Shown one piece after another: positions 1 to 11,661 of a stretch of 64,000 nucleotides of DNA. The notes beneath the pieces were generated by a model. The model worked only from the letters and a program-made list of their open reading frames with translations, was not told the DNA's origin and searched no databases. The position numbers and the translations under genes are program-made. Numbering within the stretch: position 1 is the stretch's first letter; each line of letters starts with the position of its first letter. This stretch comes from Dimorphilus gyrociliatus (taxonomy: Eukaryota; Animalia; Annelida). Where the stretch lies: positions 1,426,968-1,490,967 of the forward strand of contig CAJFCJ010000009.1 in the NCBI GenBank assembly GCA_904063045.1, in the 5' to 3' direction.

Positions 1-397
1 GTGTGATTTAGAAATGCAAATTCGACACATTTACTATTTTGATCATAATCGGTGTTCTCCTTTACTACTAAACCGTCAGCACTAAAGATTGCAGTAATAT
101 CTGTACCCCTCTCGTGGGTAAAATATTCTCCTAGGAAATGCCTTGGCACCTTACATTTCTTAAGAGTTTGGCTGTTAACTGTAAAGAAAAGTCAAAAAAA
201 AAATTATTATAAATTTTCGCTCAGGTGTGTTTGTAAAGTTGAATGATTTATAGTAATGTACAGCAATCATCTTATAATAAGATGACAGATTTGAAGTTCC
301 TTATCTAAAATTATATGAATATTGACTACTTACCTAAAATAAAGGTGATAAGGAAGATAAAAGTAAGATAAAGCGGCCGAAAATATGATGCCGCCAT
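1..397 (-). CDS. 5' part of a secreted or membrane protein of unknown family, running off the window edge
   Basis: ATG at 397 in aaaATGGCG context. Exon 1 (397-334) encodes the signal-peptide-like MAASYFRPLYLTFIFLITFIL and ends at a phase-1 GTAAGT donor. Exon 2 starts after a tttacAG acceptor (178 downward) and continues in frame VNSQTLKKCKVPRHFLGEYFTHERG. Not in the ORF track. Confidence 0.65.
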
Positions 398-1255
398 TTT
401 AAGATAAGGACAGGTATGCAATAGATGGCGTTGTACGCAAATGGGACAATATTACAAATAACAGTCACCTTTAACATGACTTGCTTGATAAATATTTAAA
501 TTATCTCCATAGCCTAAATAAAAATCGAAAACAAATAACAGAAAAAATTTATTTTTTTTCAATATAAGTAAAGTTATATCAGCCAAAGGCGCGTTTTTTT
601 TTAGAACATTTACATTTTCCAGGCCTATATAAGAATATTTTCGAACATGCAAACTTTCTATATATAATCAAGACATTTAAAAAAATTAACGATTTACTAA
701 TTAACTCAAACATGTTTATTACAATATTAAACAGGTTATTCAGTATGTTTTAAGTTAGTTCTCGAATCTAATGAATAAACATGAGAGAATGTCGAGTGAA
801 AATACTCAACATAGATGACATGGTTAAGTAAATTCAAATTTAGAACGAAAATGGCCAGACCCGGCGAAGCTGAAATAATTTTTCTCTCCAAAGGCGTTAA
901 TTCTTTTCCAAAAAGGAAACACTCATTTTTTAAAGTTGTTAGCAATAAAAAGAAGTCATCTCTACCCGATAAGGAACAAAATCAAATGATGGAAAAGGCA
1001 AATTTCTTCTATTCATAAGAGAAAAACTCTAATATTTCATAATAATTCTTATGTTTTTGCCTATAAATTTGCTAGAATTTTATTTAAGCTTAACTTTTCA
1101 CAACTTATATTGTTCTGGTTTTTATTTTTGATATTTTTTATTAGTTTAACATTGTGAAAGGTCAAACTGTATATTTTTTGTTTTGTTTTGTCACCTGAAT
1201 ACTTTTTTTGAAATATTTTTTTAATGGCTTGTTATTTTCATAGGGAGGCGAGAAT

Positions 1256-3202
1256 ATGAATTACAGTAACGGTGAACATTCAAAATTAATTCCAACTCAA
1301 TCTTCTAAATATAATATGAAGTGGAATTCAATTAAACAGTATTTCAAGAGGAAAATTGGTTCGAAAACATCGAAAAAAGAGCTATGTGTTGAGGAGTTGA
1401 AACACCTTTTTACAGCAGCAAATCAGGAGAAACAACTTATTAATGTAGAAGAAATGAAGAACGCGAAAAAAGGGGGTGATTTTGTACCTTTGGGTGAAGA
1501 AGATTTAACCCAGTTAAGTCCCGATGAAAGAGAACGTAAGGAAATCATTACAGTAACCGATAAGTCAACGCAACCATTAACTCCTGAAGGGAAAGCAATC
1601 GAAAAAATTGCTTCGGAGGAAGCGAATATGTCAACTTCTGTGACTCTAGGGAAAGATTGTCTTCAGACGTCTAATAATGACAGGACTATCCATGACGAAT
1701 CACTAACGGCTTCTCAAACCCCTGAAGGAACATTTGCCAAGCAGTTGACTACCGAAATGGCCAACGAGATTTCTACTCCGACGCAAAATTTTGAAGGAAA
1801 ATCAAATGCAGGAAGATTCACCAACCCCAGTTACAGGCAAGCAACAACTCATGGAGCTTCGAATTTACTAGAATATGATGATAAAACTAGCTTAGTATCG
1901 AATAAGAGTAAATTCTTTGATAGAGGAGACGCCGATACTAAAAAAGAGGAAAGTGCAAAAGGAAAATCTTCAATGTCCAGGAGAAGACAGTCAAAATTTG
2001 GATCGATAATAAGAAAATCATTTTCATCCGAAGACAATAAAGGAGAGAAGAAGGAAGAAAGAAGGAGTAAATCAAGATCATTAAAAATGCTAAAAATACA
2101 TCTTACCAACAAGTGGAGTATTAGCTCCAAATCGAAAAATTCGATTTTTAAAGAGAACAGTAATCTACCCAAGTGTATTCCATCGTGCTGGTTAAATCTT
2201 CTTTCGTTCAAGTTGAAGGATGATTTATACAGTGGGCTTTGTAAACTTATGACATCGACAGCATACGACTGGTCTCAGGTACCTGCTATGCCAAACTTTG
2301 TTGATACGGATAGTGTTGAATTTGTACTTGGAGGTGATCAATGTCCAATACCTATTGGTGTAGGAAATTTTGGTAGTGTTTATCTCGCACGTCGTCCGGA
2401 AGATAACGAATTAGTCGTTTTGAAATACGTAAGAGTTACTTCATTCGGCCTATTCGAATTGATCAAGGAAGCAGGATTCAATAAAATACTTAGCGACGCA
2501 TTTGGTCAACCAGCTCCAAAGTTCTTTGGTTTAATTAATCGTCCTTTAGACAATGACCATTGGCCTTTAGCAATTGTAAGTGAATTTGTTGGCGATCCTA
2601 TAACTCATAAAGTGTTCAATTTATGCGATGTTCTTCGCTGCTGTACCGAGAAATCTTCTCGAATTGATAGAACGGAAAAGACTTGGTTATCTGTGTGCAT
2701 CGAAATAACTGAAGCAATTGCTAACATTCATAACTTATCTATTTACATAAATGACTTAAAAAGTGACAACATAATCTTAAGACCAGTTAGAGGAGGTAAA
2801 TGGAGAATTTATATAATTGATTATGGGAATGCGACAAGAGGCCATCATAGACTTCAACTATCAACCGGAGGAATGTCTGAAAAAGAATTTTTGACCACCT
2901 ACGGCCAGGTCGCACCTGAAGTTTTAAGAAAAGGATATTGCAGTCCTGCTTCTGATATATACAGTCTTGGAAATATCTTAAGCATGATACATTCTTGTAG
3001 TTTGGTTGGAAAGACTGTTAATGAGTTGGGAACTAGATGCTTATTGGAAGATTATCAAGCTAGACCGTCTACGGCCCACATAACTAAACAGCTCATGACG
3101 TTATATCAAGCGTCCCTTGGTAAACAAAAATCGTCGGGAATCGATAAAACCAATTATCCATTCAAATATCTAAACACGAATTTGATACAATCGGTTGTAT
3201 GA
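1256..3202 (+). CDS. Intronless protein kinase with a long low-complexity Ser/Lys/Glu-rich N-terminal region
   Basis: 648-aa ORF. The C-terminal half has GVGNFGSVY (Gly loop), VVLK (catalytic Lys), INDLKSDN (catalytic loop, non-RD), DYG, APE and SDIYSLG. Confidence 0.9.
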   Translation: MNYSNGEHSKLIPTQSSKYNMKWNSIKQYFKRKIGSKTSKKELCVEELKHLFTAANQEKQLINVEEMKNAKKGGDFVPLGEEDLTQLSPDERERKEIITVTDKSTQPLTPEGKAIEKIASEEANMSTSVTLGKDCLQTSNNDRTIHDESLTASQTPEGTFAKQLTTEMANEISTPTQNFEGKSNAGRFTNPSYRQATTHGASNLLEYDDKTSLVSNKSKFFDRGDADTKKEESAKGKSSMSRRRQSKFGSIIRKSFSSEDNKGEKKEERRSKSRSLKMLKIHLTNKWSISSKSKNSIFKENSNLPKCIPSCWLNLLSFKLKDDLYSGLCKLMTSTAYDWSQVPAMPNFVDTDSVEFVLGGDQCPIPIGVGNFGSVYLARRPEDNELVVLKYVRVTSFGLFELIKEAGFNKILSDAFGQPAPKFFGLINRPLDNDHWPLAIVSEFVGDPITHKVFNLCDVLRCCTEKSSRIDRTEKTWLSVCIEITEAIANIHNLSIYINDLKSDNIILRPVRGGKWRIYIIDYGNATRGHHRLQLSTGGMSEKEFLTTYGQVAPEVLRKGYCSPASDIYSLGNILSMIHSCSLVGKTVNELGTRCLLEDYQARPSTAHITKQLMTLYQASLGKQKSSGIDKTNYPFKYLNTNLIQSVV

Positions 3203-3535
3203 TGTTTGTTAACGAAGAAAATTAATTATTTGTCATTCTTGATATCAGAGGTTAATTATGAATAAAATAACGATTCACTGAGTAATTTTCGATTTCCGAA
3301 AAGTTATTATTTATTATTTTTGGAGGGCTATTGCCCAATAGTAGCGATAATTAGGGCATTCGAAAGAAAGACATTGTAATTTATTCTGAAAGCATTTCGA
3401 AGCGCTTTTGCTTATAATACTTTCTGTGACTGGCTAAAAAACGATCCTGAATTTTAATAAGGCTTCTAGATTAAAGTCACAATAACCACTTACGTAGACA
3501 GTCTTAAAAGCTAAGAAATATTTTACTTAGTAAAT

Positions 3536-4784
3536 ATGGTGTGTGTACCATGTATCATTATTCCTGTTCTTTTATGGGTGTTTCATAAATACATACAACC
3601 TTTGATATTGAAATTTTGGAACCCTTGGAGCAAAAAGGAAGCTAAAACTATTGATGTAAGTTTATATTTTAAAGATTTCTATTTTCTATTAGTCTAAATA
3701 TCGAATCGTATTAATAGTTCCATAATCTGTATCATTGACAGCCGCATGACATCACATTTCAAATTGAGTCTTATTTTTGTAATGTTTTTTTATATACATT
3801 TCCTAAGCTAGTCTATACTTTAAAGATACTGATAATAAATTAACTAGGACATAAATTTATCAATTAAATCGTTTAGTAGGGATTTTAGCAAGAATGAAAT
3901 TCAGAATGAAAAAGCATTTTTTTTTAAATATTACTATAGATGGCATTAAATGTTTGCCTCCATTTTAGCATTGACCTTCAGGCCTAACGCGTTATGATAT
4001 ATTTTTTCATTAATTGTTAATGGACAGACAACTTGGAACATTTTGTTCGCTAAAGAACAGATCTTGTTCGGTCATCTGTCAGTATATCTAGGTTTTAAAA
4101 ATATATGCCAAAATCAAAAAAGTTGAGCTATGTATCAAAATTTAGCTAAAGGTTCAATATTTAAGTGGACAACGACACTTTTAACAGTTAATATAGTGAG
4201 ACAAAAAAAGTACACAACTATACCTCAAACGTTGATAGTAATAAATATAATCTTTACTTTTACTTTTATATTTGATCTATTTATGTATTTCAGTGGGACT
4301 CTTTGAAAACAGAAGAATCCGATTATATAAAGAAGAAAGTAAATGCAGAACCTGTCGTTTTATTTTCAAAGACAACATGCAGCTTCTGTAGTCTAACTAA
4401 AGATGTTTGTAAAAATTGGAAAATTCCTTAATCTTTTAAAAACTTATGATATATTCTTTCAGCTTCTAAATGAAATCGGTGTAAACTATTATGTAGAAGA
4501 AATAAACGAAAATGAAAATTGTGAAAAACTTCAAGAGGCCTTTAAAACATTGACTGGAGAGAGAACTGTAATTACTATACAAATTATTATTTTGTTTTGC
4601 TAAAAATCTAAATATATATATTAATATATTTTCTAATTTTTCCACCTCTCCTTCTTAGGTACCTAGAATTTTTATTGGTGGAAAATGCGTTGGTGGAAAT
4701 TCAGATGCCTGCAGTCTTCATAATCAAGGTAAACTGGTAACTCTTTGTAAAGATGCCGGAGCAACTTTTAAGAAAACTGATTGA
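3536..4784 (+). CDS. C18orf32/UPF0729-like N-terminal membrane segment fused to a dithiol glutaredoxin (Grx2-like, CSFC)
   Basis: Four exons (3536-3655, 4294-4404, 4463-4567, 4659-4784), all joined by phase-0 GT-AG introns. Exon 1 is MVCVPCIIIPVLLWVFHKYIQPLILKFWNPW. Exons 2-4 give FSKTTCSFC, ERTVPRIFIGGKCVGGNSD and a C-terminal KKTD before the stop. Confidence 0.8.
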
Positions 4785-5004
4785 AAAGTACAAGTTATGA
4801 TATTATTTTTATGTTATGCTTAGAATTATGATTTCTTTTTTTATTTATAAGTACAAATTTGTGACAAACTATGGAACAACGTCTTTATTTTTTTCCCTAC
4901 AGTTTAATATAGCATATAATAGTCAATTAACAAGAAAAAAATTGCCTATTTACACATAAGGAATATTAAATAGAATGTAACGTATTTACAACAAAAAGTA
5001 ATAA

Positions 5005-5775
5005 TTAATTGATATTATATTTTCTTAACTCGTATATTCTTTCATCTTCGACTTCACAGCATATATCAAATTGATGCCTTCTACGTCTATCCTTTATACA
5101 CCTTGAAAATTGATGCATTATATCCACAGTCCATTTCTTATGCTATTAATTATAAAGAAAAGATATATATTAAAATACGTAGAATACACGCAATATCTAT
5201 AAAGCCCACAACGATAATGGAATTGCATATATTGTGTATATAATGCAAACCTTTTGTATATTTTTTCGTACGCTACCATTTACAGGCCTATTAACATTTG
5301 TAAAAGCAATAGAGTCTTCATAATATCTAGCATCACAAAGAAACCCTTTAAATCCTGCTAATGTTCCAAGCATACAACATGACCAGTGACGTTTCGGAAC
5401 TTCTGTTAAAACATACATTAAGAAAAGTGGTTAAATACATAGGTTCTTTAAAAAAAATAATAGAATAAAAATGATTAGCCTTCTAAACGAACTTTGAAAG
5501 TAATTTATTAATTCTTTAGATGGTATGAGGGGTTGACTCTTTTTTCCTTCGATTTCCATTAAGTATTTAGAATTAGTTGCAGTTGTTACCAAATAATCTG
5601 CAATGGGGGAGAAAATGGAGCCTATAAGGTGAAATAAAAAAATTTAGATAATCAATTTACCCCCAAAAGATGGAAAGTATGCTCCTCTTCTACTTCCATG
5701 CATTGTCAGACTTTTTGCTGATATTCCCGCAAAACCTAGAATAGCGAAGAGTAGAATATCATACAGATTATTCAT
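5005..5775 (-). CDS. Small secreted Cys-containing protein with an anaphylatoxin-like CC..G...C...C...F..CC pattern
   Basis: ATG at 5775 followed by a signal peptide (MNNLYDILLFAILGFAGISA). Four exons are phase-compatible, including HWSCCMLGTLAGFKGFLCDARYY and FSRCIKDRRRRHQFDICCEVED. Stop at 5007-5005. Confidence 0.65.
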
Positions 5776-7788
5776 ATTTCTTGACTTTATTCCTCGCGAA
5801 TTCAGGATAATATGAAAAACAGCCTTACAGAAAGGTTTAAAAGCTCCTAGTATAGGCTTAAAAGGGTATTTTTTATCAAGTGACGGTCATACGGTAGACT
5901 CGAACCAATCAGCTATGTCGGGTGACACGCGATTAGGATTGCCTTTATTGCCCTTAGGTAAGTCAATAACTCCTTACGCGCCTTATTGATTATTAATCAT
6001 TTTCAAAATGCTATTATAAATACCTTATTCGCTATTGAATTAATAGTACTTTAATTAAAATTGATACTCTTTTCAACAACTAGAACGACTAATTGAAACT
6101 ATGTTCTAATTTTAATCCTTGCTAACAAATTGGCTATATTGTTATACAGTTGAATAGTGCTCATCTCAATACTGTCCTTTTTTTCAACTAGGAATAAAAC
6201 TAAAGTAACTTACTGCCTTTCTTACCCCTATATCATAATGTGTATAGATGATGTAATACACTACACGTTTGTAACTGTTTTCAAAAACAATTACAGATAG
6301 AAATTTACAAAATAACTATTACATGAAAACTTTGAAGATATACATATTAAGATAATGAAACAGATAAAAAAGAACGTAGTAAGAAAGGAAAGGAAATGTT
6401 TCTCTTCACAGTTCGTTAAAAACTTTTACAATTTTAGATATTTTCGTATAACATTTCAAAAATATAAAAATAACCTTGTTTATCCTTGTTGAAAAGTAAT
6501 ACATCATATTCATATGATAGCCTTTTTTTGTCTATCAGAGGGGGAAAGTTGCATTAAAATTAATAGTAGGTTATATATAGTGTTTATATATACTTTTTTG
6601 TTTGTTTGTCCTATATTTGTGTCTATTTAAAATATAAAGAAAATACAATATAATTAGCATATTATATAATTTATTTATTAGAATGTTTTTAAAATATTGA
6701 GGTGTTAATTGTAAATGAATTTGTTTAAAAAAAGAAAACAAGTAGTTGTTTGTCTAAATTGTATTCTCTATCATTTATACTGTTTTTTTTCACCAATTGG
6801 AATATTAAGTAGAGAGGAAATGATGTAATATGTTTACAATGAGGTAAAAGTATCATATACAGTATATTCAAATGTAAATATGTATATACTGTATATAGAA
6901 TGACTAACACAAAACTATTAAATATAGATATACTGAATAAGTCCTTGTTGCATATATAAATATATAGTGTATATATATATATATATTGGCATTGGAAAAG
7001 TTAATTCTCTATTTACATAACTTGTTGTTGAATACAGCTAATGAATTTTACAAACTGTACTTGAAAGGAAGCAGTTAAAAACTTCCAGATGTATTGCTGA
7101 TTAGTTTTTAAGTAGGATTAAACTCTCAATGACCGTCTAAGGTTTTTGTGTACAGGAGAGGGAATAAAGAGAACTTGTAAGTCTTCTAAAAAGAACGTTT
7201 TTTGTTCATTTTTTCTGATGTTTATTCAAATTTTTAAATACTTTTTTTCATTTCGAGAGGAAATCCCTTAGAGTTGTATTCTATTCTGCATTGGACCGTA
7301 ATAATCTTATTAATTTAAACTATATTGTTTGTTTTTAATAAAACTGGTAAAATTGCTTTTCGCATCGTTAAGTGGATAGGGATCTATGTTTTGCTCTAAA
7401 TCTAATTGCAATAATATATATTAATAGTTAAAGTTAGAGGTTATTAGGCATTGTATGAAGTCGAAGCGTCTTATAATTTTATCTACAACATAAATAATAG
7501 GCTGAAGAACTTTAATGATTAAATAAATCAAAGTAAATATTGTAAAATAATTAAAATATATGAGCGATATTATCATGTAGAGAGAGATAAAAACATGGAA
7601 AAATGGCCGCTCGGGCGAAACATTAGTTTGGAATCAAGTTTGCCGCTTTTTCACAGCATTATAAACAGTACGGAACACGTAGCCTATCTACCATCCAGAC
7701 GGATGGATGATAAAGCGAGAGATGTACCATTATTCAATAGAAATAGCTAGCATTTGCTGTCCTGTAAACATATTTTGTAGGTTTTATA

Positions 7789-8165
7789 ATGTCTCTTCAA
7801 GAAAAGGAATCTAGACTGTCATTTGCACAGGAAATATTAAGTATGGATAAAGAAAACTGCGCCTCTTCGGTCAGTAACACTTTGGAAGACAATATCACTT
7901 CGAATTTGGAAACTAATTTGGTAATTAGCTACACCAAGTAAGCAAATATTTAATCAAGTTTTCTCTAGTCATTCCTTTAGTATTAGTTTTCTAATATCTA
8001 GAATTTAGTTTGCATTGTTTGTAGTGTGTGTGTGTGTTTTTTTCAAATGTTTATTATATAATTCGTATATTACCAATTCGTTCCTGCCAGCCTACAACTG
8101 CGAAAAGTAAATCTCAAACACAAATAAAGATAACTAATTGGGCCTATTACATTGTTTCTCTCTAA
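7789..8165 (+). CDS. Candidate two-exon microprotein (about 68 aa), no recognisable family
   Basis: ttttgtAG acceptor at 7780, ATG at 7789, 44 open codons to a phase-0 GTAATT donor at 7921, then a phase-0 ccAG acceptor at 8090 and 24 codons to TAA. Could instead be non-coding. Confidence 0.3.
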
Positions 8166-9206
8166 ATACTATATACCTAAATATCACAAGGTATTTTTTA
8201 TGCACAATTTGACTTTGGAATTCATTGAACCTATAAAGTTCTTTTATAAAAATAGTAAAAGGAATAGAAAGTACATGAAATATAAATCTTTAACTTGTTA
8301 ATATTAAAAGCTTTTAAAATACCTTACTATATCGCTGATAAAATATCAGTTAAGCAAGAGCCTGAAATTAGCTCTTAATTATAATACTAATTTAATACCA
8401 TTTCCTATTATTGAATATATACATTTAGTGCAACAAATCTGCTAATTGTAATCTCATAAATATATACGGGTTCTATATCTGTTTTATAGGTAACATTTGG
8501 CTGTAATATGTATATCGTTGATTTTTTTCAAAATCATTTAAAGGCCTATAATCAGCTTTAATGTATATTAATTTTTTTTGTAATGTTAGACCAAAGCCCC
8601 TTACTTTTTTTTTTTTAACAAAAAACAAATTAAACTAGGCTTCTCTGTATTTTTAGAAACGTCATACATTTGCGCAGTTGAATATTATATATATATAAAT
8701 ATATACAGTATAATAGTATACATATAGCATATGATTAAAGCTACACCTAGATAACAAAGTGTCTGGATAGATTCATTAATGTTTTATAAATATATTAACA
8801 CGTTTTTTATCATTATGTACATTAATTTTAACTAGACACCAAAAAAGAAAAAGCCTCTTCAGTTTAAACATTTCAGTAAAGTAGGAAAAAAAAATCAATC
8901 TCTCTTATACTCCTAGAACCTCTTATGTACTTTATTCTTAATAATACTGTCGAGAACTTATTTTATTTTAATTCTATTTCTGTTTTTTTAAAAAAAAAAA
9001 AAAGAAATATTTCATTTTCCTCATCTTAAAATGATGTTTTATGAAAAAAAAAAATAAAAAAATACCAAATGACAAGTTTTTTTTCACTAATGAAGCGCAT
9101 GCGTGTATGTTCAGATAATAGGGATCCGTGGAATCCTTTATAAAGCTGAGAAACTATGCATATTTTCATTGTGCTTGATAAGCCCGCGAAACTTTTGAGA
9201 GTCAAC

Positions 9207-10083
9207 ATGCTCTTCGTTTACTTTATTTTACTTAATATCTTCAATTTCTGCTTTTGTCAAGTGAGTTAAAACGTTAGATGGCATTATATGGGCTTATCCT
9301 ATATTTTATTCGATTGTAATCTAGCGCCACCTTACGATTGACACATCCGTAACCGAAGGAAAAAAGGTTTACGTTGTGGGAGATGTTCATGGTTGTTTAA
9401 CTGAGTTATTGAATCTGTTAAAAAAGGAGAATCTATTAAAAAGTGATGGTTTGACCATGAAGCAAAAATCTATTCTTTTTATGGCGGGGGATACTGTTAA
9501 TAGAGGACCTCGTAGCTGTGAGGTTTTAGATTTTATAGAACGAAACGAAAGAGTCTTTGCCGTTAGAGGTAATCATGAGGATAACGTTTTGGAATCAGGT
9601 TCTGAAGATAAATATCCTTGGCTTAAAGATTGTCCTCAGGCAAAAGATATTATCGAAAAATTTCCTTATACATATCGTGTTAATCAGTAAGTTAAATCGG
9701 TTACAGATATTCCAATTTTTCACGTAAAATCCTTATTTAAATTAAAAAGATATAATGCTGTTGTTGTCCACGCCGGTCTTATGCCTGATACCGAAATAAT
9801 GGATCAAGAAGTGTTTGCCATGACACGTATGCGCAACATTGAACGGTTAGCCGGTGGAATTCTAAGACCTATAGAAGAGACTAACGATGGAAACAATTGG
9901 ATAGCATACTGGAAAGGACCACAGCATATATACTTTGGTCACACCGCAAGAAGAGGTCTTCAAACTTATGATCTAGCAACAGGTCTTGATACAAGATGTT
10001 ACAAAGGAGGTCGATTAACAGCCGTAAAAATGCCAAGCTCTGAGGATCATTTTGTAAGCATCAAGTGCAAAAAGTACAACTGA
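9207..10083 (+). CDS. Calcineurin-like metallophosphoesterase of the PrpE/ApaH/Ppn2 group, with a signal peptide
   Basis: Three exons (9207-9260, 9325-9686, 9750-10083). Motifs GDVHG, GDTVNRGP, RGNHE, HAG, YFGH and GLDTRCYKGGRLTA. Exon 1 is MLFVYFILLNIFNFCFCQ. Confidence 0.85.
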
Positions 10084-11252
10084 TTTTAACGGGAAAAAAA
10101 AAGAAAAACCTTCAAATACAGAATATTGCATTTACCGAAAAAAAAAACATAAACAACAACAATAATAAGATTTCTAATTATAATTATGTTATATATTAAC
10201 TATATATATATATAATTAAAACAAACCAATTGATTATTATAAATGATACAATGATCCTAATTCCCAGCTATTCTTTCCTATAAATAACAGTTCAAGTTTT
10301 CAGTAAGATTGTTATTGTCATATAAAATGAGAAAATTAATTATCTTTTTTTTATTTTCCTTGCCAACATTCTTTTAATTGTTTAGTAAAACATTTTTTTT
10401 TTAGATAGATAGATAGATAGAGATATACATGGAATCTCTTTTTTTATTATTATTATTTTGTTCTAAGCGAACAGATGGCATTTTTGCGTGTCTGTGCGTT
10501 TTTTTTTTTTAATATTTCGGCTACAAAGGTTTATCGATCAATTCGGATAAAATTTAAACCAAACAGAAAATAATGGGTTATCTTACCTTATTGTGAAGAA
10601 TGAGTTTTTTTTTTTTTTTGAATCCAACTAAGAAACTTATAACGCCATCTCATGTAAAATATTACAACTAAGCACTCAATTATCTAGGAAGGGCTAAGGA
10701 ACTTACAGCGAGTGGGGGTAGGGAGTAAAAGGTGGATTTTTATTGATCGCATCTCGTTGTGTATAGCTATTTCGATACGGAATATTTGGAAGGATGAAGA
10801 GAAATACTATCAAAAGGACAGTAAGAGGTTGATATTACACATCTTTATTTAATGATATCATACAAATTCTTATATCTCACCCGTAAATCGATCGACGCCT
10901 CATTTATGTATACAGGCCTGTAAAGAACATTTCTACATCATCGATTTCTTTTGCCGTTTCCACGGCTGTACTTGGTTAGCAGACGGGTTTTCCCGTGTTT
11001 ATCAAACATATGAATGACCACCGTTCCAAGCGTCTTTTTGACGCTCGCAGATCCCACAAACGAAGGTTGGGTGTAGTTTTTTACATGTTTATGAAATAGT
11101 CGTTTGTGCGTGCTTGTCGATTCGTTAGCATTGATTATCATAAATTATCCACGTGTATAATTCTCAATTGAGTTATGAGAGTTGACTTAATCGAAGGTTG
11201 AAATATGTTTCGCACACGCTTTTCGGTGTACAACTATTGATGTATAAACTAA

Positions 11253-11622
11253 ATGGCAAGCAGCGAGGATTTACACTGCTCCATCGAAACTACTAAAACA
11301 AATATTGAGCGTCTAAAGAAGAATTTTTTAAGGAAATCTTATTCGACCGAAAACTCTCCAACAAGATTTGTAAAATCAAAATGGAAATGTTTAAAATCTT
11401 CCAGGTTGTCGTTTGGGACACTTGAAATAATTTTTCCAAAATTTTACTGTTCTGTTTATCCTCTCCTATCATTTCTATTTTAGTAATTTTTCCTTAGCGG
11501 TACAATTTTTAAACTTTTATAAAATGTTCAAAGATGTCGTTTTATTTATTTTGATTTTCTTTAGAACTATTTTTATGCTTGTATCTAGTTTTATGTTTGT
11601 TCTCCTACTGTTTGCCACTTTC

Positions 11623-11661
<39 letters not shown>

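Noticed and set aside
301-430. Cluster of five WGATAA (GATA) sites and a YY1-like CCGCCATTTT
   Set aside because: Most of these fall inside the minus-strand signal-peptide exon (397-334) and its aaaATGGCG start context, so codon content largely explains them.
1849-2211. 120-aa minus-strand ORF, and similar antisense ORFs at 23983, 30298, 50357, 55452 and 62539
   Set aside because: These are shadow ORFs opposite well-supported genes, with no motifs.
9207-10083. Recent bacterial horizontal transfer or contamination for the PrpE-like gene
   Set aside because: It has two canonical introns, host-like composition and a spliced signal peptide, and the family is known in other eukaryotes.
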